NCBI GenBank assembly: GCA_040755035.1 | Contig: JBFMBU010000254.1 | Span: 2,835-66,834, forward strand | Length of the DNA stretch: 64,000 nucleotides | Reading direction: 5' to 3' | From: Thermodesulfobacteriota bacterium | GTDB lineage: Bacteria > Desulfobacterota > RBG-13-43-22 | Part shown: positions 54,799 to 63,234 of the stretch, piece by piece | Layout of the letters: each line of letters opens with the position of its first letter | Position numbering within the stretch: the first letter of the stretch is position 1 | The notes under the pieces: model-generated | The model's input: the letters and a program-made list of their open reading frames with translations, nothing else | Told to the model about the DNA's origin: nothing | Database searches by the model: none | Translations under genes and position numbers: made by a program

Positions 54799-55250
54799 GC
54801 GGTCCATTCCATGACCAGGGCCTCTTCTCCTTCCGGCGGATAATACCCCGGCCGCCGGTAAAGCGTTTTAAACCCCAGGGCCTTATAAAGGGTCGTGGCC
54901 GGGCCGTTGGAGGGACGGACTTCCAAAAATATCTTCCCTACCCCTTGGGCCCCGGCCTGGGTTAAAAGAAACTCCATCAATGCCCGCCCGGTCCCCTGGC
55001 GGCGGGCTTGGGGATGGACGGCGAGGTTGAGCAGTTGAATCTCCCCGGCCGCCGGCCAGAAGCAAAGATAACCCTCTATCGGGGCTCTGGCCTCCGCTCT
55101 GGCGGTATAAAGAGTGGGGGGGGTTTTTTGCATCTCAAACCGGAAGGTATCCCAAGACCAGGGCTGAGCGAAAGAAGCCTTCTCAATCTCAACCAGCGCA
55201 GCCAGGTCCTTATCTTCAGCGGGAAGGATAATCCAGGAGGAAGTCGTTAT
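54792..55250 (-). CDS. rimI: Ribosomal-protein-alanine N-acetyltransferase RimI (start codon unresolved)
   Basis: LLNLAVHPQARRQGTGRALMEFLL...IFLEVRPSNGPATTLYKALGF is RimI-like. The conserved N-terminal box IILPAEDKDLAALVEIEKASFAQPWS lies upstream of the first ATG (55133), with no ATG/GTG/TTG available. Confidence 0.8.
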   Translation of the reverse strand: MTTSSWIILPAEDKDLAALVEIEKASFAQPWSWDTFRFEMQKTPPTLYTARAEARAPIEGYLCFWPAAGEIQLLNLAVHPQARRQGTGRALMEFLLTQAGAQGVGKIFLEVRPSNGPATTLYKALGFKTLYRRPGYYPPEGEEALVMEWTAQ

Positions 55251-55658
55251 TTACTTTACCTCCTTTTTTAATATTTCACCGGCCAGAGCGATACTTCGGA
55301 GACCATACTCCTTGATCTCCCTGGCTACCTGGTTCAAAGACTTCCCTTCCCGTTTGGAGGCCAGACCGACCAGCATGGGCAGATTGGCCCCGGTCACCAC
55401 CTCCACCTTGCCCTCGGTCAAAAAAGACAGACTGATATTGGACGGGGTCCCCCCGAACATGTCGGTAAGCAGGATGACCCCATCGCCGGCATCCACTTCT
55501 TCAATAGCCTTAACAATCCTTCCTCGTAAGGCCTCTACTTGGTCCTCCGGATTCAAAGAGATGGCCCGGGTATGCCCTAAGCGCCCGACGATAAACTCCG
55601 CCGAGCGTATGAGTTCCTGCCCCAAATTACAGTGCGTGACAATGACGATACCGATCAT
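55251..55658 (-). CDS. PTS EIIA component, mannose/fructose family
   Basis: MIGIVIVTHCNLGQELIRSAEFIVG (active-site His region) in a 135-aa protein. The tracked TTG at 55682 lies inside the repeat element. Confidence 0.8.
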   Translation of the reverse strand: MIGIVIVTHCNLGQELIRSAEFIVGRLGHTRAISLNPEDQVEALRGRIVKAIEEVDAGDGVILLTDMFGGTPSNISLSFLTEGKVEVVTGANLPMLVGLASKREGKSLNQVAREIKEYGLRSIALAGEILKKEVK

Positions 55659-55677
55659 AAAAGTATTTTTCTTTTTC

Positions 55678-55797
55678 CCCAACCCGGACCTGCCGGAACC
55701 AAAATTGGAAATCGGAAACTCCTCAAGCGGTCCGGGTTAAATCCCCTTTCAGGTTAAATTCTATCCAATTTGCTTAGAAATCTATTCTTAACTTACT
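55678..55797 (-). repeat. ~120-bp intergenic repeat family, copy B
   Basis: About 80% identical by eye to copy A, with the same orientation relative to the flanking genes (between rapZ and the EIIA gene). Confidence 0.85.
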
Positions 55798-55799
55798 TG

Positions 55800-56672
55800 T
55801 CATCCCAGCCGGATATCCCGGTGGCGGATATTGATCAACCGCTTTTGTTTTTTTAAAAAATCGGACAGTGTATTGACAATGGTGACCGAACGGTGTCTCC
55901 CCCCGGTGCAGCCAACGGCGATGGTGAGCTGCGACTTGCCCTCTTTCTGATATTGGGGGATCAGGAAGGTGATCAAATCACAAAAATTTTTCAAAAACAA
56001 CCGGGTTTCCTTCCTTTTGGCTACATAGTCAATGACCGGTTTTTGATTGCCGTCCATTTCCTTCAACTCGCTGACAAAAAAGGGATTGGGCAGAAAACGC
56101 ACGTCCATAACGATATCCGCCTCGTTGGGCAGGCCGTATTTATATCCGAAGGAAATAAGATTGATGGTCATCTCCGCCGGAGGACTCACCTTGGAAAAAA
56201 GGCGCAGGATTTCCTCTCGAAGCTGATGGACATTAAAGTGGCTGGTATCCAGACGATAAGTGGCCAGCCGTTTGATGGGGGCCATTTTCTTTCTTTCCAG
56301 CCGGATGGTGTCCGAAAGGGTCCGCCGCTCGCCCAAAGGGTGATGCCTCCGGGTCTGGCTGAAACGCCGGATCAGGATTTCTTCTTCGGCCTCTAAAAAC
56401 AGGACCTCGACCACATAACCCTTCTTTTTGACCTCCTGAAAAATTTTAGGGAAATTAGATAAAAAATCCTTGCCCCGAAGGTCCATGACCAGGGCGATTT
56501 TAAATACCTCCCTGGAGATTTCATCCCTCAGCTCCAGCAAACGGGGAAGCAAAGAGGCCGGCAGGTTGTCGATACAAAAAAAGCCGATATCTTCAAAAGC
56601 CTTTAGGGCTGTACTCTTGCCCGATCCGGACAATCCGGTGATAACTACTAAGCGGATGCTTTTCTGCGACAT
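55800..56672 (-). CDS. rapZ: RNase adapter protein RapZ (YhbJ)
   Basis: VVITGLSGSGKSTALKAFEDIGFFCIDNLP...GCTGGRHRSV. Confidence 0.9.
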   Translation of the reverse strand: MSQKSIRLVVITGLSGSGKSTALKAFEDIGFFCIDNLPASLLPRLLELRDEISREVFKIALVMDLRGKDFLSNFPKIFQEVKKKGYVVEVLFLEAEEEILIRRFSQTRRHHPLGERRTLSDTIRLERKKMAPIKRLATYRLDTSHFNVHQLREEILRLFSKVSPPAEMTINLISFGYKYGLPNEADIVMDVRFLPNPFFVSELKEMDGNQKPVIDYVAKRKETRLFLKNFCDLITFLIPQYQKEGKSQLTIAVGCTGGRHRSVTIVNTLSDFLKKQKRLINIRHRDIRLG

Positions 56673-56779
56673 ACAGTAAAACCCAAGGGAAACCTGCCGG
56701 ATGGCTTGTACCCCAAAAAGAAAAAACCGTCACTATTTACAGGGAGTCTCGTCACTCGCCGTCTTCCACTCGTCACCAT

Positions 56780-57247
56780 TCAAACCAAATCGTCCTGCTC
56801 CTGAATAACCTTCCACAATGCCTCATGATCGGCAGCCCGAAAAAGTCCTTCCTTAAAGGAGCTGTTTCTGATAAAGCGGGAAATCTTGGCCAGGGCCTTT
56901 AGATGGAGCCCGGCGGATTCCTCGGGGGCGATGAGAACGAAAAAATAAAAGGCCGGTTTCCCATCCAAAGAATCAAAGGGAATCCCCGACCGGGAACGGC
57001 CGAAGGCGATAACCATTTGATCCAGGTTCTTCATTTTTCCATGGGGGATGGCGAATCCTTCCCCGATCCCCGTGCTGCCCAGACGTTCCCGGTCCAGCAG
57101 GATCTGCAAGATATCCTCGGTCCTTAAGCCGGCCTTCCCCCTGGCGATCCAATGGGCCAATTCGGAGAGGAGGCCTTCTTTATTCACGGCCTTTACCTCG
57201 GGTAAAATCAAATCGGAAGTCAAATATTGACAAATTTTCATAGTCAC
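56780..57247 (-). CDS. ptsN: PTS EIIA-Ntr nitrogen regulatory protein
   Basis: RERLGSTGIGEGFAIPHGK (phospho-His region), in its position between hpf and rapZ. Confidence 0.9.
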   Translation of the reverse strand: MTMKICQYLTSDLILPEVKAVNKEGLLSELAHWIARGKAGLRTEDILQILLDRERLGSTGIGEGFAIPHGKMKNLDQMVIAFGRSRSGIPFDSLDGKPAFYFFVLIAPEESAGLHLKALAKISRFIRNSSFKEGLFRAADHEALWKVIQEQDDLV

Positions 57248-57359
57248 CTGATTGCGTAAAAAGTAAAGAGCATGGCGCCGAGGGCCAAGACCGGAACAAA
57301 GGCGATTTCCCTTCAGCCTTCCCCTCAGGTCCTTTGCCCCCGGCCCTGTGCTCCTTTGA

Positions 57360-57902
57360 TCAACTGACCGGTTCGATCAATCCAAAATGGCCGTCTTTTC
57401 TGCGATACAAGACATTGATCAACCGCGTTTTCGAATTGGTAAAAACCAGAAACTCACTGCTCGACAATCTGAGCTGCAGGGCGGCTTCTTCGGCGTCCAT
57501 GGGTTTGGCTACCATCGTTTCCGTCTTAACGATCTGCGGCGGTTCGTCTTCTTCGATTTCTATCTCTTCCGTTTTTGTTTTCGTTGCCGGCCGCCCCTTG
57601 GTTTTAATCTCCGGTTTATGTTCCTTGACTTTCTCCCGGTGTCTTTTGATTTGTTTCTCAATTTTATCCAGGACCATATCAATGGCCGAATACAGATCTC
57701 CGGTTTCCTCCTGAGCTTTGATCTTGAAACCGTTGGCGGATATGGTTACATCAGCCATATGCCTGAACTTTTGAATGGAAAGAACCAGATGAATCTCCAC
57801 CGGCTCCTCCATATATTTCTTAAAACGGGTCATTCGGTTTTCAGCATAGCTTTTCAAGTGATCCGACGGATCCACATTCCTGAAAGACACCGATATTTGC
57901 AT
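57360..57902 (-). CDS. hpf: Ribosome hibernation promoting factor (long HPF)
   Basis: MQISVSFRNVDPSDHLKSYAENRMTRFKKY..., a charged linker, and the C-terminal dimerisation domain VFTNSKTRLINVLYRRKDGHFGLIEP. Confidence 0.9.
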   Translation of the reverse strand: MQISVSFRNVDPSDHLKSYAENRMTRFKKYMEEPVEIHLVLSIQKFRHMADVTISANGFKIKAQEETGDLYSAIDMVLDKIEKQIKRHREKVKEHKPEIKTKGRPATKTKTEEIEIEEDEPPQIVKTETMVAKPMDAEEAALQLRLSSSEFLVFTNSKTRLINVLYRRKDGHFGLIEPVS

Positions 57903-57921
57903 AGCTACCTCCTCTTTGGCT

Positions 57922-59433
57922 TTATTCTACTTCCTCTTCCCTATCCTCTTTTACCTCTTCCTTTTGCGGGGAACGCTTCCACTCTTTCAGGGTTACTTTT
58001 TTCCGTTTATTGGAGGGGAGCACCCGCAAGGCCTCCCGGTACTTGGCCACTGTTCGCCGGGCGATAACAATATTTTCTTTCAATAACCGTTCGGCCAGGT
58101 CTTGATCGCTTAAGGGATTGGCCGGATCCTCATGGGCAATCAGAACCCTGATCCTTTCCTTGACGCTCTCCGAGGCCACATTTTCCCCGTTCGTCCCCGG
58201 AACGGAGCTGTTAAAAAAATACTTCAGTTCAAAAATTCCTTGAGGGGTGTGGACGTATTTATTGGTGGTCACCCGGCTGATGGTTGACTCGTGCATCTGA
58301 ACCTCTTCGGCCACGTCCCTCAGGATCAGCGGTTTCAAATGGGTCACCCCCTGATCCAGGAATTCCCGCTGAAAACGAAAGATGCTTTCGGTGACCCGAT
58401 AAATGGTCCGCTGCCGCTGATGAATGCTTTTAATCAGCCAGATGGCCGAACGCAGTTTTTCCTGGATATAATCCCGTGTGGCCTCGGATACCGCTCCCCG
58501 CTGTTCCAGGGCCTTCCGATAAAAGGCGTTGATCCTTAAACGGGGCAATCCATCTTCATTGAGGACGATATGGACCTCATCCCCCATTTTATAAACAAAA
58601 ATATCAGGACTGATGTATTGAACTTCCTCGTCGCTGTACAAGCGGCCCGGCTTGGGATCGAGTTGCAGTATGGTATCGATGGCCGGAAAAATCTCTTCCA
58701 CGGGGACCTGTAAGGCCCGGGCGATGGCTTGATAATTTTTTGTTTCCAGCGAGCCCAGATGATCGGAAAGGATAGCCTGCACCCAAGGGTTCTGAACCGG
58801 GAGGTGACGGGCCTGGATCAGCAGGCATTCCTTCAAATCCCGGGAGGCCACGCCCAGAGGATCAAACTCCTGAATCCGGCCCAGGACTTTTTCCACCAAA
58901 GCTGCCTCTTTTTCGGTGCTTTGGGCAATCTCTTCCAGGGAGGCCTTCAGATAACCGTTTACATCCAGGTTACCGATGATCTCAGCCCCGACGGTCTCTT
59001 CTTCCGGGGTCAAGCCGGACAGGGAAAGCTGCCACATGAGATGATCGGTCAAAGAGGTTTTCTGGGTTACGATGTTTTCATAGGAAGAGAGTTCCCGGTC
59101 TTCAGAGATGTCTTCACTGCGGGGAGCATAGTAGTCGTTGACATAGTTGTCCCAATCCGTGCCTTCAAAGGCCTGTTCTCCGATCGTCACCTCGGCTTGT
59201 CGGTCTTCCGGGACAAGTTCCGCCTCTCCGGGGACCTTTTCCATCTCCGACTGACCGACTTCGTAATCTTCGCTGAGGGTCTCTTCCAGGATGGGATTGG
59301 CTTCCAGTTCCTGATGGAGACTCTCCAGGAGTTCCAGCCGGGAAAGCTGCAACAGCTTGATCGCCTGCTGCAGTTGCGGGGTCATGATCAGCTGTTGAGC
59401 CAGTTTCAGTTGCTGTTTGATTTCTAAGGCCAT
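57922..59433 (-). CDS. rpoN: RNA polymerase sigma-54 factor
   Basis: MALEIKQQLKLAQQLIMTPQLQQAIKLLQLS..., and the RpoN box ARRTVAKYRE. Confidence 0.95.
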   Translation of the reverse strand: MALEIKQQLKLAQQLIMTPQLQQAIKLLQLSRLELLESLHQELEANPILEETLSEDYEVGQSEMEKVPGEAELVPEDRQAEVTIGEQAFEGTDWDNYVNDYYAPRSEDISEDRELSSYENIVTQKTSLTDHLMWQLSLSGLTPEEETVGAEIIGNLDVNGYLKASLEEIAQSTEKEAALVEKVLGRIQEFDPLGVASRDLKECLLIQARHLPVQNPWVQAILSDHLGSLETKNYQAIARALQVPVEEIFPAIDTILQLDPKPGRLYSDEEVQYISPDIFVYKMGDEVHIVLNEDGLPRLRINAFYRKALEQRGAVSEATRDYIQEKLRSAIWLIKSIHQRQRTIYRVTESIFRFQREFLDQGVTHLKPLILRDVAEEVQMHESTISRVTTNKYVHTPQGIFELKYFFNSSVPGTNGENVASESVKERIRVLIAHEDPANPLSDQDLAERLLKENIVIARRTVAKYREALRVLPSNKRKKVTLKEWKRSPQKEEVKEDREEEVE

Positions 59434-60158
59434 CAGGGTAGTTGAAACTTTTCTCCCAGGTAAATTCGCCGGGCGGTTTCGCTCTCGGCCAGGGCCTGCG
59501 GTGTCCCCTCTTCCAGGACAAGGCCTTGATTGATAATATAGGCCCGGTCGCAGACGGAAAGGGTTTCGCGAACATTGTGGTCCGAAATCAGGACGCCGAT
59601 ATTTTTCTCCTTCAACGTTTCAATAATGTTCTGAATATCATTGATAGCCAGGGGATCGATCCCGGCAAAAGGCTCGTCAAGAAGGATAAAAGAAGGGGAG
59701 GTAACTAAGGCCCGGGTGATCTCCACCCGTCTCCGTTCCCCGCCGGAAAGGGAAAATGCCTTGTGCTGGGCCAGGTGAGTGAGCTTCAGTTCCTTGAGCA
59801 GAGCCGTCAAGCGGGTTTCCCTGTCTTCTGTCGAAATGTTCAATGTTTCCAGAATCCCCATAATATTTTCGGCCACAGTCAGCCGGGTAAAGATGGAAGG
59901 CTCCTGGGGCAGATAGTTGATCCCTTTCCGGGCCCGGATATACATGGGCAGTTCGCTGATATCTTCTTCGTTCAGGAGGATCCGGCCCTGATCCGGCCGG
60001 GTCAGGCCCACGATCATGTAAAAAGTGGTGGTTTTACCCGCCCCGTTGGGACCCAATAATCCGACGATCTCTCCTTCGTTCAATTCCAGGTTTACCCGGT
60101 TGACCACCGGTTTCTTGTGATAGATCTTTACCAGGTCTCGAACGGCTAACTGTTTCAT
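59433..60158 (-). CDS. lptB: LPS export ABC transporter ATP-binding protein LptB
   Basis: GLLGPNGAGKTTTFYMIVGL, LSGGERRRVEITRAL and ILLDEPFAGIDP. Its stop overlaps the rpoN start. Confidence 0.95.
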   Translation of the reverse strand: MKQLAVRDLVKIYHKKPVVNRVNLELNEGEIVGLLGPNGAGKTTTFYMIVGLTRPDQGRILLNEEDISELPMYIRARKGINYLPQEPSIFTRLTVAENIMGILETLNISTEDRETRLTALLKELKLTHLAQHKAFSLSGGERRRVEITRALVTSPSFILLDEPFAGIDPLAINDIQNIIETLKEKNIGVLISDHNVRETLSVCDRAYIINQGLVLEEGTPQALAESETARRIYLGEKFQLP

Positions 60159-60164
60159 TAACCC

Positions 60165-60285
60165 CCCAACCCGGACCAGCCGAAACTAACATGGGATATT
60201 CGAAAATTCACCATTTGCTCCGGCGTTAGCTCCTGTTTTAAAATAATGGCTCTCCAATCTGCGTAGAATGTATTTTTTAGATTAC
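60165..60285 (-). repeat. ~120-bp intergenic repeat family, copy C (more diverged)
   Basis: It keeps CCCAACCCGGACCAGCCG at one end and CTCCAATCTGCGTAGAATGTATT (compare TATCCAATTTGCCTAGAATTCTATT in copy A) at the other. It lies between lptA and lptB. Confidence 0.6.
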
Positions 60286-60352
60286 CAAGGCCGGACCCCC
60301 TTGGTCCGTCCCCCCATTTTCAAACAAGTATGGTTAGGTTTCAGGACGAGAA

Positions 60353-60943
60353 CTATTTCTCCTCCTGATGGATCACCGCCTTGACCCTGTTTTTCCCCTT
60401 GCTGGTCACCAGACTCCTGTTTTCCTTTATCCAAACGGTGATTTCCTCCCCTTTGACCAGGTTCTTCCCCTGCCAGAATTCCGCCTTTCCGGTCAGAATG
60501 ATCTTCTGGTCGGCATTGTAAAACACGGCGGTTTCCCCGGTGGCCACATCCTTGCCCTGGACCACCCGGACCCTCCCGCTGGCTACGATCTTTTCTACTT
60601 GACCCTGGTGCAGGGCGTCCTTTTTCTCTGAAGTCTTTGAGGATACCGGGGCAGCTTTCTTTTCCGGCTCTCCTGTGTAATGAATGACCATCTTATCACA
60701 TTCGATGACGATGGGGTCCTTCCCGGGTTGTTCCTGCCTGGCTACCACTGTGCCGGTAAACGTAGCGATTCGATTCTTATTATCCAGCTCCAGCGTATCG
60801 GCGGTAGTGACGATCGGTCGGTTATTTCCCTCCCCTTTTTTTTCGGCACCAAAGCCTGTTCCAGTCGACAAAAAAACATAGGTCGCCAGGCCGATGATTC
60901 CAATGATACCCAGCGACCTCGTCCCTTTGCGCTTTGCGCTCAT
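60353..60943 (-). CDS. lptA: LptA/OstA-like periplasmic LPS transport protein
   Basis: It has a signal peptide and an OstA_N-like beta-jellyroll sequence (ADTLELDNKNRIATFTGTVV...VIHY...). Its position between lptC and lptB supports the call. Confidence 0.75.
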   Translation of the reverse strand: MSAKRKGTRSLGIIGIIGLATYVFLSTGTGFGAEKKGEGNNRPIVTTADTLELDNKNRIATFTGTVVARQEQPGKDPIVIECDKMVIHYTGEPEKKAAPVSSKTSEKKDALHQGQVEKIVASGRVRVVQGKDVATGETAVFYNADQKIILTGKAEFWQGKNLVKGEEITVWIKENRSLVTSKGKNRVKAVIHQEEK

Positions 60944-61034
60944 CCATACCCTCCTCTATGCCGGCCCCCCAAAAGCGGGCCGGATATCCTGTCCTCAAGG
61001 TCATTTTGAAACCGTCACGGGTAATTAGTACTCA

Positions 61035-61649
61035 TTAGGAATTCAAAAATGAACGATAAAGCGTCATCCTGACTTTTTTCTTAACCCAAACCTTCTGGGA
61101 ATCGAGATTCATACTCATCCCCAACCCATCCAGTTCCATAATAGGGCTTCTAAAGTTGAAGACACCTTCGGTGGAGATTTCTCTGAGGTCATCCCGGTAA
61201 TAGAGGGAAGGGACCTTGACTTCGTAGCCTTCGGGATTGGAAACAACCACTTCCCCTTCGATCAGGATATTCTTCGATTGCGTATCCATATTCCCCAGGT
61301 TCCCAACCAGTTTGATCGGTTGTTCCCCTTTGGGGAAATAAACCAGCGTTACCTTCTTAAAGGAAACCGTATGGCTCGGTTCCTGGTATTCCACCGCCTC
61401 TGCCTTCAGTTCCCATAATTTGGCCCCGTCTCTGGATTGCACAAAATTGATTTCCTGCAATCCGACATTCCCCGGCGTTGAACCGGTCGTGGTCGGCTGG
61501 GGGGAGGGGGCCGGCGGTTTCTGTGTGCGAAAGGCATAGAGCCCCAGCCAGAAGGCCACCACGGCCAGGATGCCGATCACCAGAATGCTTTTGGCTTGTT
61601 TTATGTTGATCAAATTTGCACACAAAGCTTGTTTCGAAGTCATGCCCAC
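61035..61649 (-). CDS. lptC: LptC-like membrane-anchored LPS export protein
   Basis: It has an N-terminal TM anchor and an LptC-type beta domain. Its position upstream of lptA supports the call. Confidence 0.6.
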   Translation of the reverse strand: MGMTSKQALCANLINIKQAKSILVIGILAVVAFWLGLYAFRTQKPPAPSPQPTTTGSTPGNVGLQEINFVQSRDGAKLWELKAEAVEYQEPSHTVSFKKVTLVYFPKGEQPIKLVGNLGNMDTQSKNILIEGEVVVSNPEGYEVKVPSLYYRDDLREISTEGVFNFRSPIMELDGLGMSMNLDSQKVWVKKKVRMTLYRSFLNS

Positions 61650-61714
61650 CTAAACAACTATAATCAAATCCGCCCTCCGGGTCAATCGATTCCTGCTCCG
61701 GGTCGCCTTCAGTG

Positions 61715-61762
61715 ACTTAAGAATAGAATTCTACGCAAATTGGATAGAATTTATAAGTTACT
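61715..61762 (+). repeat. Intergenic repeat family, partial copy D in opposite orientation
   Basis: ACTTAAGAATAGAATTCTACGCAAATTGGATAGAATTTATAAGTTACT equals the core of copies A/B but sits on the other strand. It contains the 10-bp palindrome TAGAATTCTA. Confidence 0.8.
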
Positions 61763-61785
61763 AAAACGGAGAAAGGGGTTGACGT

Positions 61786-62325
61786 TTATTTCAGGCCGTA
61801 TTCTTTTAAGAGGGTACCCCATTTCCCTTGGGTCTTTAACAGCCATTCGGAGATTTCCCGCACGGCCTTCCCTCCGCCTGAAGCCCGGGTGACCACATCC
61901 ACGATTTTTTGGACAGCGGGATGACCGTCAGCTACAGAGATAGAGAGCCCCACCTTTTTTAGCAGCCCGATGTCAACGAAATCATCGCCGACAAAGGCAA
62001 CCTGATCGGGTTTAAGAGCGGCGGTTTGGAGCAGCCCTTCAAATACGGCGATCTTGTCTTTGACCCCCTGGAAGAGAAAGGAAATCCCCAGCTCTTTAGC
62101 CCGTCTCTCCACCGCCCCGGAAACCCTGGCCGAAACAAAGCCCACTTGGATCCCGCAACTTAAAAGCCACTGCAATCCCTGGCCGTCCTGGACATGAAAG
62201 CGCTTTATTTCCCGGCCCCGGTCGTCATAGCTGAGCCGGCCGTCGGTTAAAACTCCATCCACGTCCAATAGGAGGAGCTTTATTTTTCTGGCCTTGCGGA
62301 CCAGATCCTCCTTTCTCGGCCTCAT
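61786..62325 (-). CDS. kdsC: KDO 8-phosphate phosphatase (HAD-IIIA, YrbI family)
   Basis: KLLLLDVDGVLTDGRL...VAFVGDDFVDIGLLKKVGLSISVADGHP. Confidence 0.85.
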   Translation of the reverse strand: MRPRKEDLVRKARKIKLLLLDVDGVLTDGRLSYDDRGREIKRFHVQDGQGLQWLLSCGIQVGFVSARVSGAVERRAKELGISFLFQGVKDKIAVFEGLLQTAALKPDQVAFVGDDFVDIGLLKKVGLSISVADGHPAVQKIVDVVTRASGGGKAVREISEWLLKTQGKWGTLLKEYGLK

Positions 62326-62382
62326 CCTCCCCTTCTCCTTTTCACCGCTTCCCCGTGTCTTTCCCTGACCCCCATCTCTTCT

Positions 62383-63219
62383 TCACCGTGTCTCGGCAGC
62401 GATTTTACAGACCAGCTTATGAATGGCCTTCAATTGACACAGCAAGGGCTCAAGTTCATGGAGCGGCCAGGAATTGGCCCCGTCACTGAGGGCTTTTTCC
62501 GGGGTCGGATGGACCTCTAAAAAGACCCCCTGTACCCCGGCGGCCACCGCTGCCCGGGCCAGATGCGGGACAAACCTCCGCTCTCCGGCGGAAACACCCT
62601 GTCCTCCCCCGGGCATTTGAACACTATGGGTAGCGTCAAAGATAACCGGATAACCGAAGCCGGCCATAACGGGCAACGACCTAATATCGACCACCAGGTT
62701 GTTGTACCCGAAGGTCGTCCCCCTTTCCGTTAATAAAATCTTTTCATTCCCGCTTCCAATGATCTTTTCCACCACAAAGCGCATATCCCAGGGAGAGAGA
62801 AACGGTCCCTTCTTGACATTGACCACCAGCCCGGTCCGGGCGGCGGCGGTCAGGAGGTCGGTTTGACGGCAGAGGAAAGCCGGGATCTGGAGAATATCCA
62901 GGACCTGGGCCGCTTTTTCTACTTCGCTTACCTGGTGGACGTCGGAAAGAACCGGCAGCTCAAAGCGGGAACGAATAAAATCCAACAGATCCAACCCGGT
63001 CTCCAAACCGGGGCCACGGTAACTGTTTAAAGAGGTCCGGTTGGCCTTGTCATAAGAAGCCTTAAAGACTAAAGGGAGATCGAGCCTACGACCGATATCC
63101 GCCAATTCCCGGGCGATGGCCACCGTGGTGGATTCGTCCTCAATGACGCAGGGACCGGCAATTACCAGGAGGGCGTCGGCCTCCCCGACCTTCCATTTGC
63201 CTATGGGTATGGGTTTCAA
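62383..63219 (-). CDS. kdsA: 2-dehydro-3-deoxyphosphooctonate aldolase (KDO-8-P synthase)
   Basis: LLVIAGPCVIEDE, FKASYDKANR, IPAFLCRQTDL and VIFDATHSVQ. Confidence 0.95.
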   Translation of the reverse strand: MKPIPIGKWKVGEADALLVIAGPCVIEDESTTVAIARELADIGRRLDLPLVFKASYDKANRTSLNSYRGPGLETGLDLLDFIRSRFELPVLSDVHQVSEVEKAAQVLDILQIPAFLCRQTDLLTAAARTGLVVNVKKGPFLSPWDMRFVVEKIIGSGNEKILLTERGTTFGYNNLVVDIRSLPVMAGFGYPVIFDATHSVQMPGGGQGVSAGERRFVPHLARAAVAAGVQGVFLEVHPTPEKALSDGANSWPLHELEPLLCQLKAIHKLVCKIAAETR

Positions 63220-63234
63220 TTGGATTCTTCCCGG

